Shown here in pieces: positions 8,345 through 16,338 of a stretch of DNA of 64,000 bases (position 1 is the first letter of the stretch; each line of letters begins with the position of its first letter). Source of the stretch: a virus; IMG/VR virus record IMGVR_UViG_3300025405_000009, positions 134,848-198,847 of that record; one strand, 5' to 3'. Below the pieces are notes generated by a model. It was not told where the DNA came from. It did not search any database and worked only from the letters and a program-made list of their open reading frames with translations. The position numbers were made by a program, and so were the translations under genes.

Positions 8345-8443
8345 AAAACCCTCTCTACAACTGTTCGAAGAGTTGTATGCATGGAACCGGTTCTTCGTAA
8401 GTTCATACAAAACTAGAACATAATCAAGGACGCTTGAGGTTTT
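8345..8443 (+). ncRNA. Putative ~100-nt multi-hairpin RNA
   Basis: AAAACC/GGTTTT closes TACAACT/AGTTGTA, GAAC/GTTC and TCAAG/CTTGA hairpins; CATAAATA at 8320-8327. Confidence 0.35.
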
Positions 8444-8470
8444 TAGGACAAAGGAACTTACATTAATTTC

Positions 8471-8542
8471 CGCAGAGTAGAGAACTGGTATCTCGTCACG
8501 CTCATAACGTGAAGGCAGTGGGTTCGATTCCCACCTCTGCCA
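8471..8542 (+). tRNA. tRNA-Met(CAT), initiator-like
   Basis: C1-C72 mismatch, A11-U24, loop CTCATAA; anticodon stem TCACG/CGTGA. Confidence 0.88.
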
Positions 8543-8551
8543 ATTTTTTAG

Positions 8552-8580
8552 TTGCCACTTCCTTATTCAGGCATTATATT
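8552..8580 (+). promoter_or_regulatory. sigma70-like promoter of the large ncRNA candidate
   Basis: TTGCCA-N17-TATATT. Confidence 0.7.
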
Positions 8581-8586
8581 AAAAGA

Positions 8587-9101
8587 ATAAGAATTGATCT
8601 TTGATAGTACATTTTGAAATTTGACTAGGCGCAAGTCTTAAAAGCTAAAAGACTCCCGCGATAGGTGATAGCGAAGCATTCGGCCGAGTGAACGTGTAGC
8701 CTATAAGATAAATCTCCGTGAAAGCGAATGAGGTTTTCTAGTCATACAAATTAAGTTCCCACGTTGTAGGTATAATCCGTGGGAGAGATACGTTGAGTTG
8801 TCTGTTGGTATGTTAGTAGACGTATTTTCATAGGAGGAGCCAAAAACTTACATACAGCTACGATCCCTTGCTTTAATAAACACAGACTGGTCGACGAGCT
8901 GGCTCCATGCCGGCACTCGATGAGGAGAGAACAAAATCCGGAACAAAAGCTTTTCAAACACCACAAATTTTCATATAATGCTACCATGATGTCGGTCTCA
9001 AGTCCGAGCGATAGGAGATGGCCTCTCCTACGAAACGCAGAGAGAATGAAAACATAGACTGCAGTCTGCCCCTATTACCCTGATCAGGTAGTAGGGGTTT
9101 T
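8587..9101 (+). ncRNA. Candidate large structured ncRNA (~515 nt)
   Basis: Promoter-to-terminator unit with no plus-strand ORF in the track; many 6-8 bp helices, a GAAA tetraloop and crossing pairings (see findings). Confidence 0.7.
9069..9101 (+). terminator. Intrinsic terminator-like hairpin
   Basis: CCCCTATTACC/GGTAGTAGGGG then TTTT. Confidence 0.7.
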
Positions 9102-9129
9102 CTGTGTTCTAGAATGATTAAATAATTAT

Positions 9130-9258
9130 ATGCTCGATCCACTGGAAGCTGCTATGGTGGGTTTATTTACTTTAGGTTTTATAACAGCTTATGCTATAAT
9201 GTATTCTACTAAGTTGGTAACTTTACTTGCAAAGTATTTTAAGGGAATCAAAAAATAA
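9130..9258 (+). CDS. Small single-TM protein (42 aa)
   Basis: Manual translation MLDPLEAAMVGLFTLGFITAYAIMYSTKLVTLLAKYFKGIKK. Confidence 0.5.
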   Translation: MLDPLEAAMVGLFTLGFITAYAIMYSTKLVTLLAKYFKGIKK

Positions 9259-9299
9259 TTCTTGAATTCCTTTTCGAGTGCCCATATTATAAAGGGGTA

Positions 9300-10403
9300 A
9301 TGAGCACAACAAACACACTAGACAAGTTCGTCGCCAAGAGCAACGATATTCGCCAGACGCTGCAAGGTTATACCCTCGCTCCTCTGGATATTGAGTCCAT
9401 CGAGAAGAACGGAAATAACTTCTCTTACAATAACAACCGCCTATCCAGTACATCTCTTAAGAGTCTCCTTGGAGTTCTTGGAGTTAAGGATCAGCTCGTT
9501 AACGAGATTAAGGATGACAGCTCTCAGTGGGCTCCTCTCCATAATGCTCTTACGAACATTAAGAAGAACAAGCGTGTAACCGCGATTGTTAATAACCACA
9601 ACAATGAGATTGTTAATCTCTTCGATCGCCCTATCAAGGAAGAGCGTCAGATTGACCTCTCAGCTGGTCTCCGTTATACAGAGGCCTTCTTGAAGGACAA
9701 CGAGAATAATCTCGAACTTCGTGACTTTAACTTTGATCCTACTAACATTAGTATTGGAATTAACTTCAAGAACCCTGATTCTGATATTGACGTATTCGGA
9801 GATGGTCATGATATGTGGAAGGGTGGTTTTGGAATGAACTTCTCTCTCAACAAGTCTCAGTTCTATCCCTATCTCCTCCGTTTGGTTTGCTCCAATGGAA
9901 TGACCGCTGTTCATCGTATGGCCCAGCGTTTCATCGATAGTGCTGACTTCAGTCAGAAGACCTTCGATACTCAGGTTCGTAAGTTCCTAACTGGTGACGC
10001 TCTTCGTCAGGAGATTACGTCAAGTGCTAATCGCCTTAGGGATAACAATGCCTCCCTTAGAGAATTCAATGCTGCTCGTAGTATTACGATGAAGTATGAT
10101 AAGGAGCTAGCAGTAACTGCTTTCTCTGATCACGAGATTCGTTCACGGTATAAAGAGGTCGGTATTGATCTTAATAAATCGAAGGGTACTCGTTGGCAGT
10201 CAACGGCTAACTCGAACGTTAATGCTTACGATCTCTTTAATAAGATCACAAACGTTGCTACTCACAGTGTCTCTGACGAGAACGTAGCATTCAGGATGGA
10301 GCTCAACCGACTTGCCTCTGAGTTGTTCTTCAAGGGACCAGACTTCGCTTCAATCGCACCGGATCCATTCCGTGAGGTTGCACCAGCAAATCTTAACGCC
10401 TAA
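9300..10403 (+). CDS. DUF932/DUF945-like protein
   Basis: YLLRLVCSNGM signature and N.YDLFN.ITN..TH tail; TTGAAT-N17-TATTAT promoter at 9262-9290. Confidence 0.7.
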   Translation: MSTTNTLDKFVAKSNDIRQTLQGYTLAPLDIESIEKNGNNFSYNNNRLSSTSLKSLLGVLGVKDQLVNEIKDDSSQWAPLHNALTNIKKNKRVTAIVNNHNNEIVNLFDRPIKEERQIDLSAGLRYTEAFLKDNENNLELRDFNFDPTNISIGINFKNPDSDIDVFGDGHDMWKGGFGMNFSLNKSQFYPYLLRLVCSNGMTAVHRMAQRFIDSADFSQKTFDTQVRKFLTGDALRQEITSSANRLRDNNASLREFNAARSITMKYDKELAVTAFSDHEIRSRYKEVGIDLNKSKGTRWQSTANSNVNAYDLFNKITNVATHSVSDENVAFRMELNRLASELFFKGPDFASIAPDPFREVAPANLNA

Positions 10404-10416
10404 GTAAATAAAGTAA

Positions 10417-10466
10417 ACCGGGCGGGCCTCTGCACATGCAAGCTATCTCACGCCCGGTCTTTATTT
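10417..10466 (+). terminator. GC-rich hairpin with large loop, terminator or processing stem
   Basis: ACCGGGCG/CGCCCGGT, 26-nt loop, then CTTTATTT. Confidence 0.5.
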
Positions 10467-10541
10467 GGAGATGTAGCATAATGGCAATGCACTTCTTTGC
10501 CAAAGAAGATACTGCCGGTTCGAGCCCGGTCATCTCCTCCA
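10467..10541 (+). tRNA. tRNA-Gly(GCC)
   Basis: GGAGATG/CATCTCC, CTTCT-TTGCCAA-AGAAG, CCA. Confidence 0.93.
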
Positions 10542-10544
10542 TAC

Positions 10545-10619
10545 GGTCTCATCGTCTAACGGCTAGGACACGCGGTTTTCATCCGCGTAATCGGAGTTCG
10601 AGTCTCCGTGAGACTGCCA
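10545..10619 (+). tRNA. tRNA-Glu(TTC)
   Basis: GGTCTCA/TGAGACT, CGCGG-TTTTCAT-CCGCG, CCA. Confidence 0.93.
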
Positions 10620-10639
10620 GGAAACAATAAATAATACTG

Positions 10640-11215
10640 ATGTTAACGTTTGAACAGTATTTTAATCAATCTGAATCACCAGTTGTTATAGTTGGTGGTA
10701 TTCATGGTGATGAACCAGCTGGTAATATAGCTGCTAAAAAATATCAAGGTAGAGAAGGTATTATTGTAATAGCTGACGTTAATACAACTGGAGAGAGAAG
10801 ACTAGATGGAGTAGATCCAAATAGACATTTTGACAAAAAAGATTCTCTCCCAATTGAGGATGAAATCTTAGCTAAAATTGAAGAGTTAAAACCAAGGTTA
10901 GTTATCGCACTTCATGAAGATGATATAACAGATGAAGTTTATGCGTATTGTTCTCCAGGTATGAAAGATAAAGTTCAAGCTGTTTTAGCTGAATTAGGAG
11001 TACCGTTAGCAAAAACGGCAATAGGAGACAAAGCAGATAAGGGTGTTATTGCCCGTGGTCATTTACCAACAGCAGGAACACTTGAGAAAGCATTGAGAAA
11101 ACGTGATATCCCTAGTGTAACCATAGAGACACCTATTAAGTCATATAGCTTAGAGGATAGAGTGAAGTTACAAATACAAATAGTAAACGGATTACTTAAA
11201 TCTGTTAATAGATAA
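10640..11215 (+). CDS. M14-like Zn hydrolase (succinylglutamate desuccinylase/aspartoacylase family)
   Basis: GGIHGDEPAG, D.NR, LHED, TIETP. Confidence 0.78.
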   Translation: MLTFEQYFNQSESPVVIVGGIHGDEPAGNIAAKKYQGREGIIVIADVNTTGERRLDGVDPNRHFDKKDSLPIEDEILAKIEELKPRLVIALHEDDITDEVYAYCSPGMKDKVQAVLAELGVPLAKTAIGDKADKGVIARGHLPTAGTLEKALRKRDIPSVTIETPIKSYSLEDRVKLQIQIVNGLLKSVNR

Positions 11216-11363
11216 GCCTTCTTAAATCTAATAGCTTAAAGTCTACTTCCTTACCGTAACGCTCTTCAAGTTTTTTTATAGCATCTTCTTTTGAGATAGC
11301 CGTAACATTAAGAATTACAGGATTCTTATCTGTTATTACCTCAAAAATATATTCCGTTAGCAT
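11205..11363 (-). CDS. Small hypothetical (52 aa)
   Basis: Manual translation MLTEYIFEVITDKNPVILNVTAISKEDAIKKLEERYGKEVDFKLLDLRRLIY fills the gap. Confidence 0.5.
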   Translation of the reverse strand: MLTEYIFEVITDKNPVILNVTAISKEDAIKKLEERYGKEVDFKLLDLRRLIY

Positions 11364-11380
11364 ATGATTAAATATTTAAT

Positions 11381-11653
11381 GTGCAGATTACGAAAAATGC
11401 CATTGAAATTTGTGGGTTCCTTATGTCTTTATGTTGGTCAATAAGTTGGTTTCCTCAGCTCTATAAGCTTTTTAAAACAAAATCAGCACATGATTTTTCT
11501 CCATGGATGTTATTTTTAGTTCTCACAGGGTATATCTTTGCAATGCTTTACCTGTTCAATACAAGCTTTCAACTCTGGTTATTTGTAAATTATTGTTTTG
11601 GCATTATTTGTTATATTATTACATTATTTTTTTATTTTCGTTATAAAAAATAA
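11381..11653 (+). CDS. PQ-loop / SemiSWEET-like three-TM protein
   Basis: SWFPQLYKLFKTKSAHDFS motif, three hydrophobic helices. Confidence 0.78.
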   Translation: MQITKNAIEICGFLMSLCWSISWFPQLYKLFKTKSAHDFSPWMLFLVLTGYIFAMLYLFNTSFQLWLFVNYCFGIICYIITLFFYFRYKK

Positions 11654-11687
11654 TTGATTTATACAATATTATCTATATACTTTATAT

Positions 11688-12299
11688 ATGAAGTGGTTAC
11701 TAATCTTGTTGCTAAGCCTAGCATCACTTAAAGCACAGACCTCTGTAGCGTATTCTCCAGTCTATGGATATGATACAATGTCCTTTCCTGGTGGATGGTG
11801 TCTAGTAACTAACCCGTTTATTAATCCTCCTATCTATAGTGGCAATGCTATAGTAGATGGAGAGACATTTACAATTAATAATGTCATAACAAATAATATT
11901 ATAGACATTCCTCATTATATAGAAGTTACAAGTACAAACTATAATGGATATGTTTTTGATATAACTACAAATACACAAAACATTATTACAGCTACAAATG
12001 TACCAGCTGAGCTTCAAGGACAAACTTTAGCAATTAGTATTAGACAACATACTACTCTTCAACAGTTTGTTTCTAATTCTACAGGATTTCAAGACTACTC
12101 TGATGCTCTCTCTACCCCTGATGGTAATGGAGGGTGTGTAACGTACATTTATATTTCAAACGGAATAGTAGCTGGAGACTTTGTAACACCAGCTGATAAT
12201 ACTATTCTCTATCCAGGGGAAGGACTAATTATCAATAATAGTGGAAATATTAGCTTTACCTTTTGTGGAGAGCTAGTATATACTAATGATATCAAATAA
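11688..12299 (+). CDS. Exported protein with signal peptide
   Basis: MKWLLILLLSLASLKA-QT; beta-rich body; C-terminal LYPGEGLII...TFCGEL. Confidence 0.65.
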   Translation: MKWLLILLLSLASLKAQTSVAYSPVYGYDTMSFPGGWCLVTNPFINPPIYSGNAIVDGETFTINNVITNNIIDIPHYIEVTSTNYNGYVFDITTNTQNIITATNVPAELQGQTLAISIRQHTTLQQFVSNSTGFQDYSDALSTPDGNGGCVTYIYISNGIVAGDFVTPADNTILYPGEGLIINNSGNISFTFCGELVYTNDIK

Positions 12300-12350
12300 C
12301 GGATAAAGGTTTATTGCACACATAAATAATAACGGATGCAATAAACCACT

Positions 12351-12863
12351 ATGAAATCTAAACTAGAACCTTTTAAAGAAGATGTAATAAAAATGTATGT
12401 TGATGAAAAATTAACATGCAAACAAATAGGATTAAAATTTAAAATAAGACCAGGGCCTGTTTCAAGTTTTCTTATTAAAAATAATGTAAAGCTACGTAAT
12501 GCTGGTCAACAGAAAGGTAGACCCGGTACGAATAAAGGAAAGAAATTTGTAGAACGTACATTGGCATACAATACACAACTTATTGAAAGCGGTGAATATA
12601 AAAAACTTCACGAAGCAGGTATAAGGAGCCGTATACGTAAATATCTAATTAACAAATATGGACATAAATGTCAAATATGTGGTCTGTCTGAATGGAGAGG
12701 ACATGCTATACCTCTTGTATGCGATCACATAGACGGATCTGCTAAAAATTGTGAATTAGAGAATTTTAGAGTGATTTGTAATAATTGCGACTCTATACTA
12801 CCTACATATAAAGGTAAAAATAGAGGCAGAGGTAGAAAACTTAACGGGAGCGTGACTGAGTGA
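12351..12863 (+). mobile_element. Free-standing HNH homing endonuclease overlapping tRNA-Ser(ACT)
   Basis: KCQICG...LVCDHIDG...NFRVICNNCDS; last 18 nt lie inside the tRNA. Confidence 0.82.
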
Positions 12864-12936
12864 TTTAAAGTGATCGATTACTAATCGATTGAACCCTAAT
12901 AAGGTTCCGTGGGTTTGAATCCCACCGCTCCTTCCA
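12846..12936 (+). tRNA. tRNA-Ser(ACT), rare anticodon
   Basis: GGGAGCG/CGCTCCT, ATCGA-TTACTAA-TCGAT, variable arm GAACC/GGTTC, A19 with U56, U73, CCA. Confidence 0.8.
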
Positions 12937-12981
12937 TTTTTTTTCTTGACTTAATACTTAAATACTCTAATATAAATGAAT

Positions 12982-13072
12982 GGACAGGTGGCAGAGTTGG
13001 TCTATTGCATCTGACTTGAAATCAGAAGTACCCGAAAGGGTACCGTGGGTTCGAATCCTACCCTGTCCGCCA
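12982..13072 (+). tRNA. tRNA-Ser(TGA)
   Basis: GGACAGG/CCTGTCC, loop CTTGAAA, long variable arm, G73, CCA. Confidence 0.95.
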
Positions 13073-13080
13073 ATTTTAAC

Positions 13081-13158
13081 GCGTAGATGGCTGAGTGGTC
13101 AAAGGCAATCCTCTGCAAAAGGATAAAATCGCCAGTTCAAATCTGGCTCTACGCTCCA
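13081..13158 (+). tRNA. tRNA-Cys(GCA)
   Basis: GCGTAGA/TCTACGC, ATCCT-CTGCAAA-AGGAT, U73, CCA. Confidence 0.93.
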
Positions 13159-13169
13159 TAAATACTATT

Positions 13170-13343
13170 ATGACATTTAAAGAATACGTGACAGAAAAGA
13201 ATATAGATAAACCACGTCATCCCGGTATTCTCAAACGCCAGGTTAAGGGCAAATTAACCTGTTCAAAGGCTCGTAAATTAGAAGGTAAGGGCGGTCTAAC
13301 CGCTAAAGCAGCTCGTCGCTATCAAAATTATCACTGCCAATAA
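13170..13343 (+). CDS. Small basic protein with capsid-targeting-like N-terminus (MTFKEYVTE)
   Basis: Start moved to ATG 13170 because the track start lies inside tRNA-Cys; CATAAATA at 13157-13164. Confidence 0.7.
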   Translation: MTFKEYVTEKNIDKPRHPGILKRQVKGKLTCSKARKLEGKGGLTAKAARRYQNYHCQ

Positions 13344-13350
13344 TATACAT

Positions 13351-13572
13351 ATGAAACAAAAATACTACACCTTACTTGCATACTTTTTTTATTACCTTGG
13401 AGATGTATTGTGGAAGATAATCTGTTGGACGGATTGGAATGAAATTACACGTAAGCTTATTTGCGGAGCGTGTTGGTCAGGATATCAAAAATCTATGAAT
13501 ATTTCATTAGATTATGATGAAAAAGCGGGTTACGTTGTGTGGAAAGAGTCAGAAAATAACCTTGATAATTAG
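13351..13572 (+). CDS. Hypothetical protein
   Basis: ORF track. Confidence 0.6.
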   Translation: MKQKYYTLLAYFFYYLGDVLWKIICWTDWNEITRKLICGACWSGYQKSMNISLDYDEKAGYVVWKESENNLDN

Positions 13573-13669
13573 GGGTATTTAGTCTATAATTCTATTTAGA
13601 AAATATAAATTTTTCCTGTGATATCCTTCGAGATTATCACTAAAATTTTAATAAATTATACTGACACAT

Positions 13670-14644
13670 ATGGCAATCTTCGACGAACAAATATCACGCA
13701 AACCTAACAACTATAAATGGACAGAGGAATTCATCGAAGCTATGCATAATGGCTTCTGGACTGATAAGGAATTCAGTTTTAAATCCGATATACAACAATT
13801 TAAAGTAAATTTATCAGACCAAGAAAGAGAAGCTATTATTAGAGTATTATCGGCTATTGGTCAGATTGAAGTATCAATTAAGACTTTCTGGGCACGCTTA
13901 GGAGATAATCTACCACATCCCTCAATTTACGATCTTGGTTATGTGATGGCTAATACTGAAGTTATTCATAATAATGCTTATGAACGTTTGCTTTCAGTAC
14001 TTGGTTTAGAAGATATATTTGAAAAAAACTTAGAGCTCCCTTGGATTCAAGGTCGAGTGAAGTATCTTAAGAAGTATACAAAACGCTGTTTTAAGGATTC
14101 CAAGAAACAGTATCTTTATGCTATAACTCTTTTTACTCTTCTTCTTGAGAATGTATCTCTCTTTAGTCAGTTCTACGTCATTAATTGGTTTGCACGTTTT
14201 AAGAACGTTCTTAAGGATACCGATCAACAGGTAAAATACACAAGAAATGAAGAAAATATTCACGGTCTTGTTGGTACAAAGATTATTAATACAATCAGAG
14301 AAGAATATCCTGAGCTTTTTGATAAGGAATTAGAGGATAAGATTCTACATGAAGCCCATGAAGCATTTAAAGCAGAAGCTGAGATTGTAGATTGGATGCT
14401 TAACGGTATTGATGAAGAGAATCTTAATGCTCCTCTTCTTAAAGAGTTTATTAAGAACAGAATTAATCATTCTTTAGAAGGTATTGGCTTTCATAAACCA
14501 TTCGAGGTTGATACAGAGTTATTAAAAGCATCAACATGGTTTGAGGAAGAACTTCACGGTAATAATATGGTCGACTTTTTTCATAGTAGGCCCACGGAAT
14601 ACGCAAAGAAAAATCAATCATTTTCAGAAGACGACCTATTCTAG
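13670..14644 (+). CDS. nrdB: Ribonucleotide reductase class I beta subunit
   Basis: EVIHNNAY radical Tyr, ENVSLFSQF, EENIH, DFF..R..EY tail. Confidence 0.95.
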   Translation: MAIFDEQISRKPNNYKWTEEFIEAMHNGFWTDKEFSFKSDIQQFKVNLSDQEREAIIRVLSAIGQIEVSIKTFWARLGDNLPHPSIYDLGYVMANTEVIHNNAYERLLSVLGLEDIFEKNLELPWIQGRVKYLKKYTKRCFKDSKKQYLYAITLFTLLLENVSLFSQFYVINWFARFKNVLKDTDQQVKYTRNEENIHGLVGTKIINTIREEYPELFDKELEDKILHEAHEAFKAEAEIVDWMLNGIDEENLNAPLLKEFIKNRINHSLEGIGFHKPFEVDTELLKASTWFEEELHGNNMVDFFHSRPTEYAKKNQSFSEDDLF

Positions 14645-14680
14645 TTGTTATCTATAAACTAGCTATTAATATAAAACTAT

Positions 14681-16330
14681 ATGCATAAGGATATCTATTG
14701 GCTTAATAAGGATTCAAGAAAGTTTCTTGAAAGGGGTTACCTTCTAGAAGGAGAAACTGCTGAACAACGTATTACTGACATTGCCAAGACAGCTGAAAAG
14801 CTTCTTAAGAAAAAAGGCTTTGCTCATAAATTTGAGGACTATATGCATAAGGGATTTTATTCCTTATCATCTCCTATCTGGTCCAATTTTGGTCGTGATC
14901 GCGGATTACCAATCTCGTGCTTTGGTTCATATGTAGATGATGATATGGATGATATTCTTTATAAGATGTCCGAAGTAGGTGTTATGTCAAAAGTGGGTGG
15001 TGGTACATCAGGATACTTTGGAGCAATTCGACCAAGAGGGGCTAAGATTTCTTCAGGTGGTGAAGCAACAGGCGTACATCATCAGTTATCTGTCTTTGAG
15101 TCATTAACGAATTATATCTCTCAAGGTAATGTTCGTCGTGGGTCGTTTGCAGCTTACCTTCCTATTGATCATCCAGATATTGAAGAATTTCTTAAGATTA
15201 GAGGAGAAGGAGATGATATTCAGAATCTTTCAATTGGTGTCTGTATCACTGATAAGTGGATGAAAGCTATGATGGAAGGTGATAAGGAGAAGCGTGCCAT
15301 CTGGGGATTAGTTATTAAGAAGCGTTTTGAATCTGGATATCCTTATATCTTCTTTTCTGATAATGCTAACAATCAAGCACCTCAAGTCTATAAGGATAAG
15401 AAATTAAAGATTCATCATAGCAATTTGTGTTCAGAGATTATGCTCTCCAATGGAAAAGACGAATCATTTGTTTGTGATTTATCTTCGTTAAATCTTGAGC
15501 GTTGGGAAGAGTGGAAGGAAACAGATGCTGTTGAAACGTTAGTTTATTTTCTCGATGCTGTAATGACAGAATTCATTAATAAGACCGAAGGAATGAAGTT
15601 CATGGATCACCCTAGAAACTTCGCTATTAATCAACGAGCAATTGGTGTTGGTGTTCTCGGATGGCATTCTCTTCTCCAACAGAAGATGGTAGCATTTGAA
15701 TCCATGCAAGCAAAGCTTCTTAATACTCAAATTTGGAAAACAATTAGAGATAAAGCAGATAAAGCTTCTGTAGAACTTGCTAAGGAATTTGGTGAACCAC
15801 CTATTCTTAAGGGGTACGGTCGTAGGAATACAACAACACTTGCTGTAGCTCCAACCACTTCTAGTTCATTCATTCTCGGTCAAGTAAGTCCATCTATTGA
15901 ACCACAGAATTCAAATTATTATGTCAAGGATTTGGCTAAAGGTAAGTTTACTTTTAAGAACCCTTACCTCAAACATCTTCTTAAAGAGAAAGGAAAGCAT
16001 GATGATGAGACATGGATGTCTATCTTAAAGAAAGGCGGTTCTGTTCAACATTTAGATTTCTTAACGCAACATGAAAAAGATGTCTTTAAGACGTTTGGTG
16101 AGATTAGTCAAAAAGAAGTCATTATTCAAGCTGCTGGTCGTCAGAAATACATTGATCAGGGTCAGTCATTAAATGTAATGATTCCACCGAATACCAAACC
16201 TAAGGACGTTAATGAACTTATGATATTTGCCTGGGAACAGGGAATTAAAGCTTTGTATTATCAGCGTTCAGCCAATCCTGCACAAGAATTAGCTCGTTCT
16301 ATTCTAGCTTGTGCAAATTGTGAAGCATAA
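14681..16330 (+). CDS. nrdA: Ribonucleotide reductase class I alpha subunit, short form without ATP cone
   Basis: PISCF, GGGTS, SNLCSEI, VCDLSS, APTTSSS, YYQRS, C-terminal CANCEA. Confidence 0.95.
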   Translation: MHKDIYWLNKDSRKFLERGYLLEGETAEQRITDIAKTAEKLLKKKGFAHKFEDYMHKGFYSLSSPIWSNFGRDRGLPISCFGSYVDDDMDDILYKMSEVGVMSKVGGGTSGYFGAIRPRGAKISSGGEATGVHHQLSVFESLTNYISQGNVRRGSFAAYLPIDHPDIEEFLKIRGEGDDIQNLSIGVCITDKWMKAMMEGDKEKRAIWGLVIKKRFESGYPYIFFSDNANNQAPQVYKDKKLKIHHSNLCSEIMLSNGKDESFVCDLSSLNLERWEEWKETDAVETLVYFLDAVMTEFINKTEGMKFMDHPRNFAINQRAIGVGVLGWHSLLQQKMVAFESMQAKLLNTQIWKTIRDKADKASVELAKEFGEPPILKGYGRRNTTTLAVAPTTSSSFILGQVSPSIEPQNSNYYVKDLAKGKFTFKNPYLKHLLKEKGKHDDETWMSILKKGGSVQHLDFLTQHEKDVFKTFGEISQKEVIIQAAGRQKYIDQGQSLNVMIPPNTKPKDVNELMIFAWEQGIKALYYQRSANPAQELARSILACANCEA

Positions 16331-16338
16331 ATAATTCT

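Noticed and set aside
8587-9101. RNase P RNA, hammerhead ribozyme or group I intron as the identity of the large RNA
   Set aside because: No GAGGAAAGUCC P4 motif, no CUGAUGA...GAAA core in correct context, no flanking exons. An Infernal search is still needed.
10425-10450. Riboswitch or SRP RNA in the large hairpin loop
   Set aside because: No recognisable aptamer or SRP GGAA-loop features; position after ORF 9300 and the U-rich tail fit a terminator or processing stem.
7300-10630. Track ORFs 7300..7518, 8159..8410, 8751..8987 and 10436..10630
   Set aside because: They are shadows of the tmRNA, tRNAs and the ncRNA candidate, with no protein motifs.
13095-13169. N-terminal extension of ORF 13095..13343
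   Set aside because: Overlaps tRNA-Cys; the late box and leader motif support ATG 13170.
13670-16330. Intron or intein in nrdA/nrdB
   Set aside because: Both frames are continuous and motifs are normally spaced; nrdA is short only because it lacks the ATP cone.
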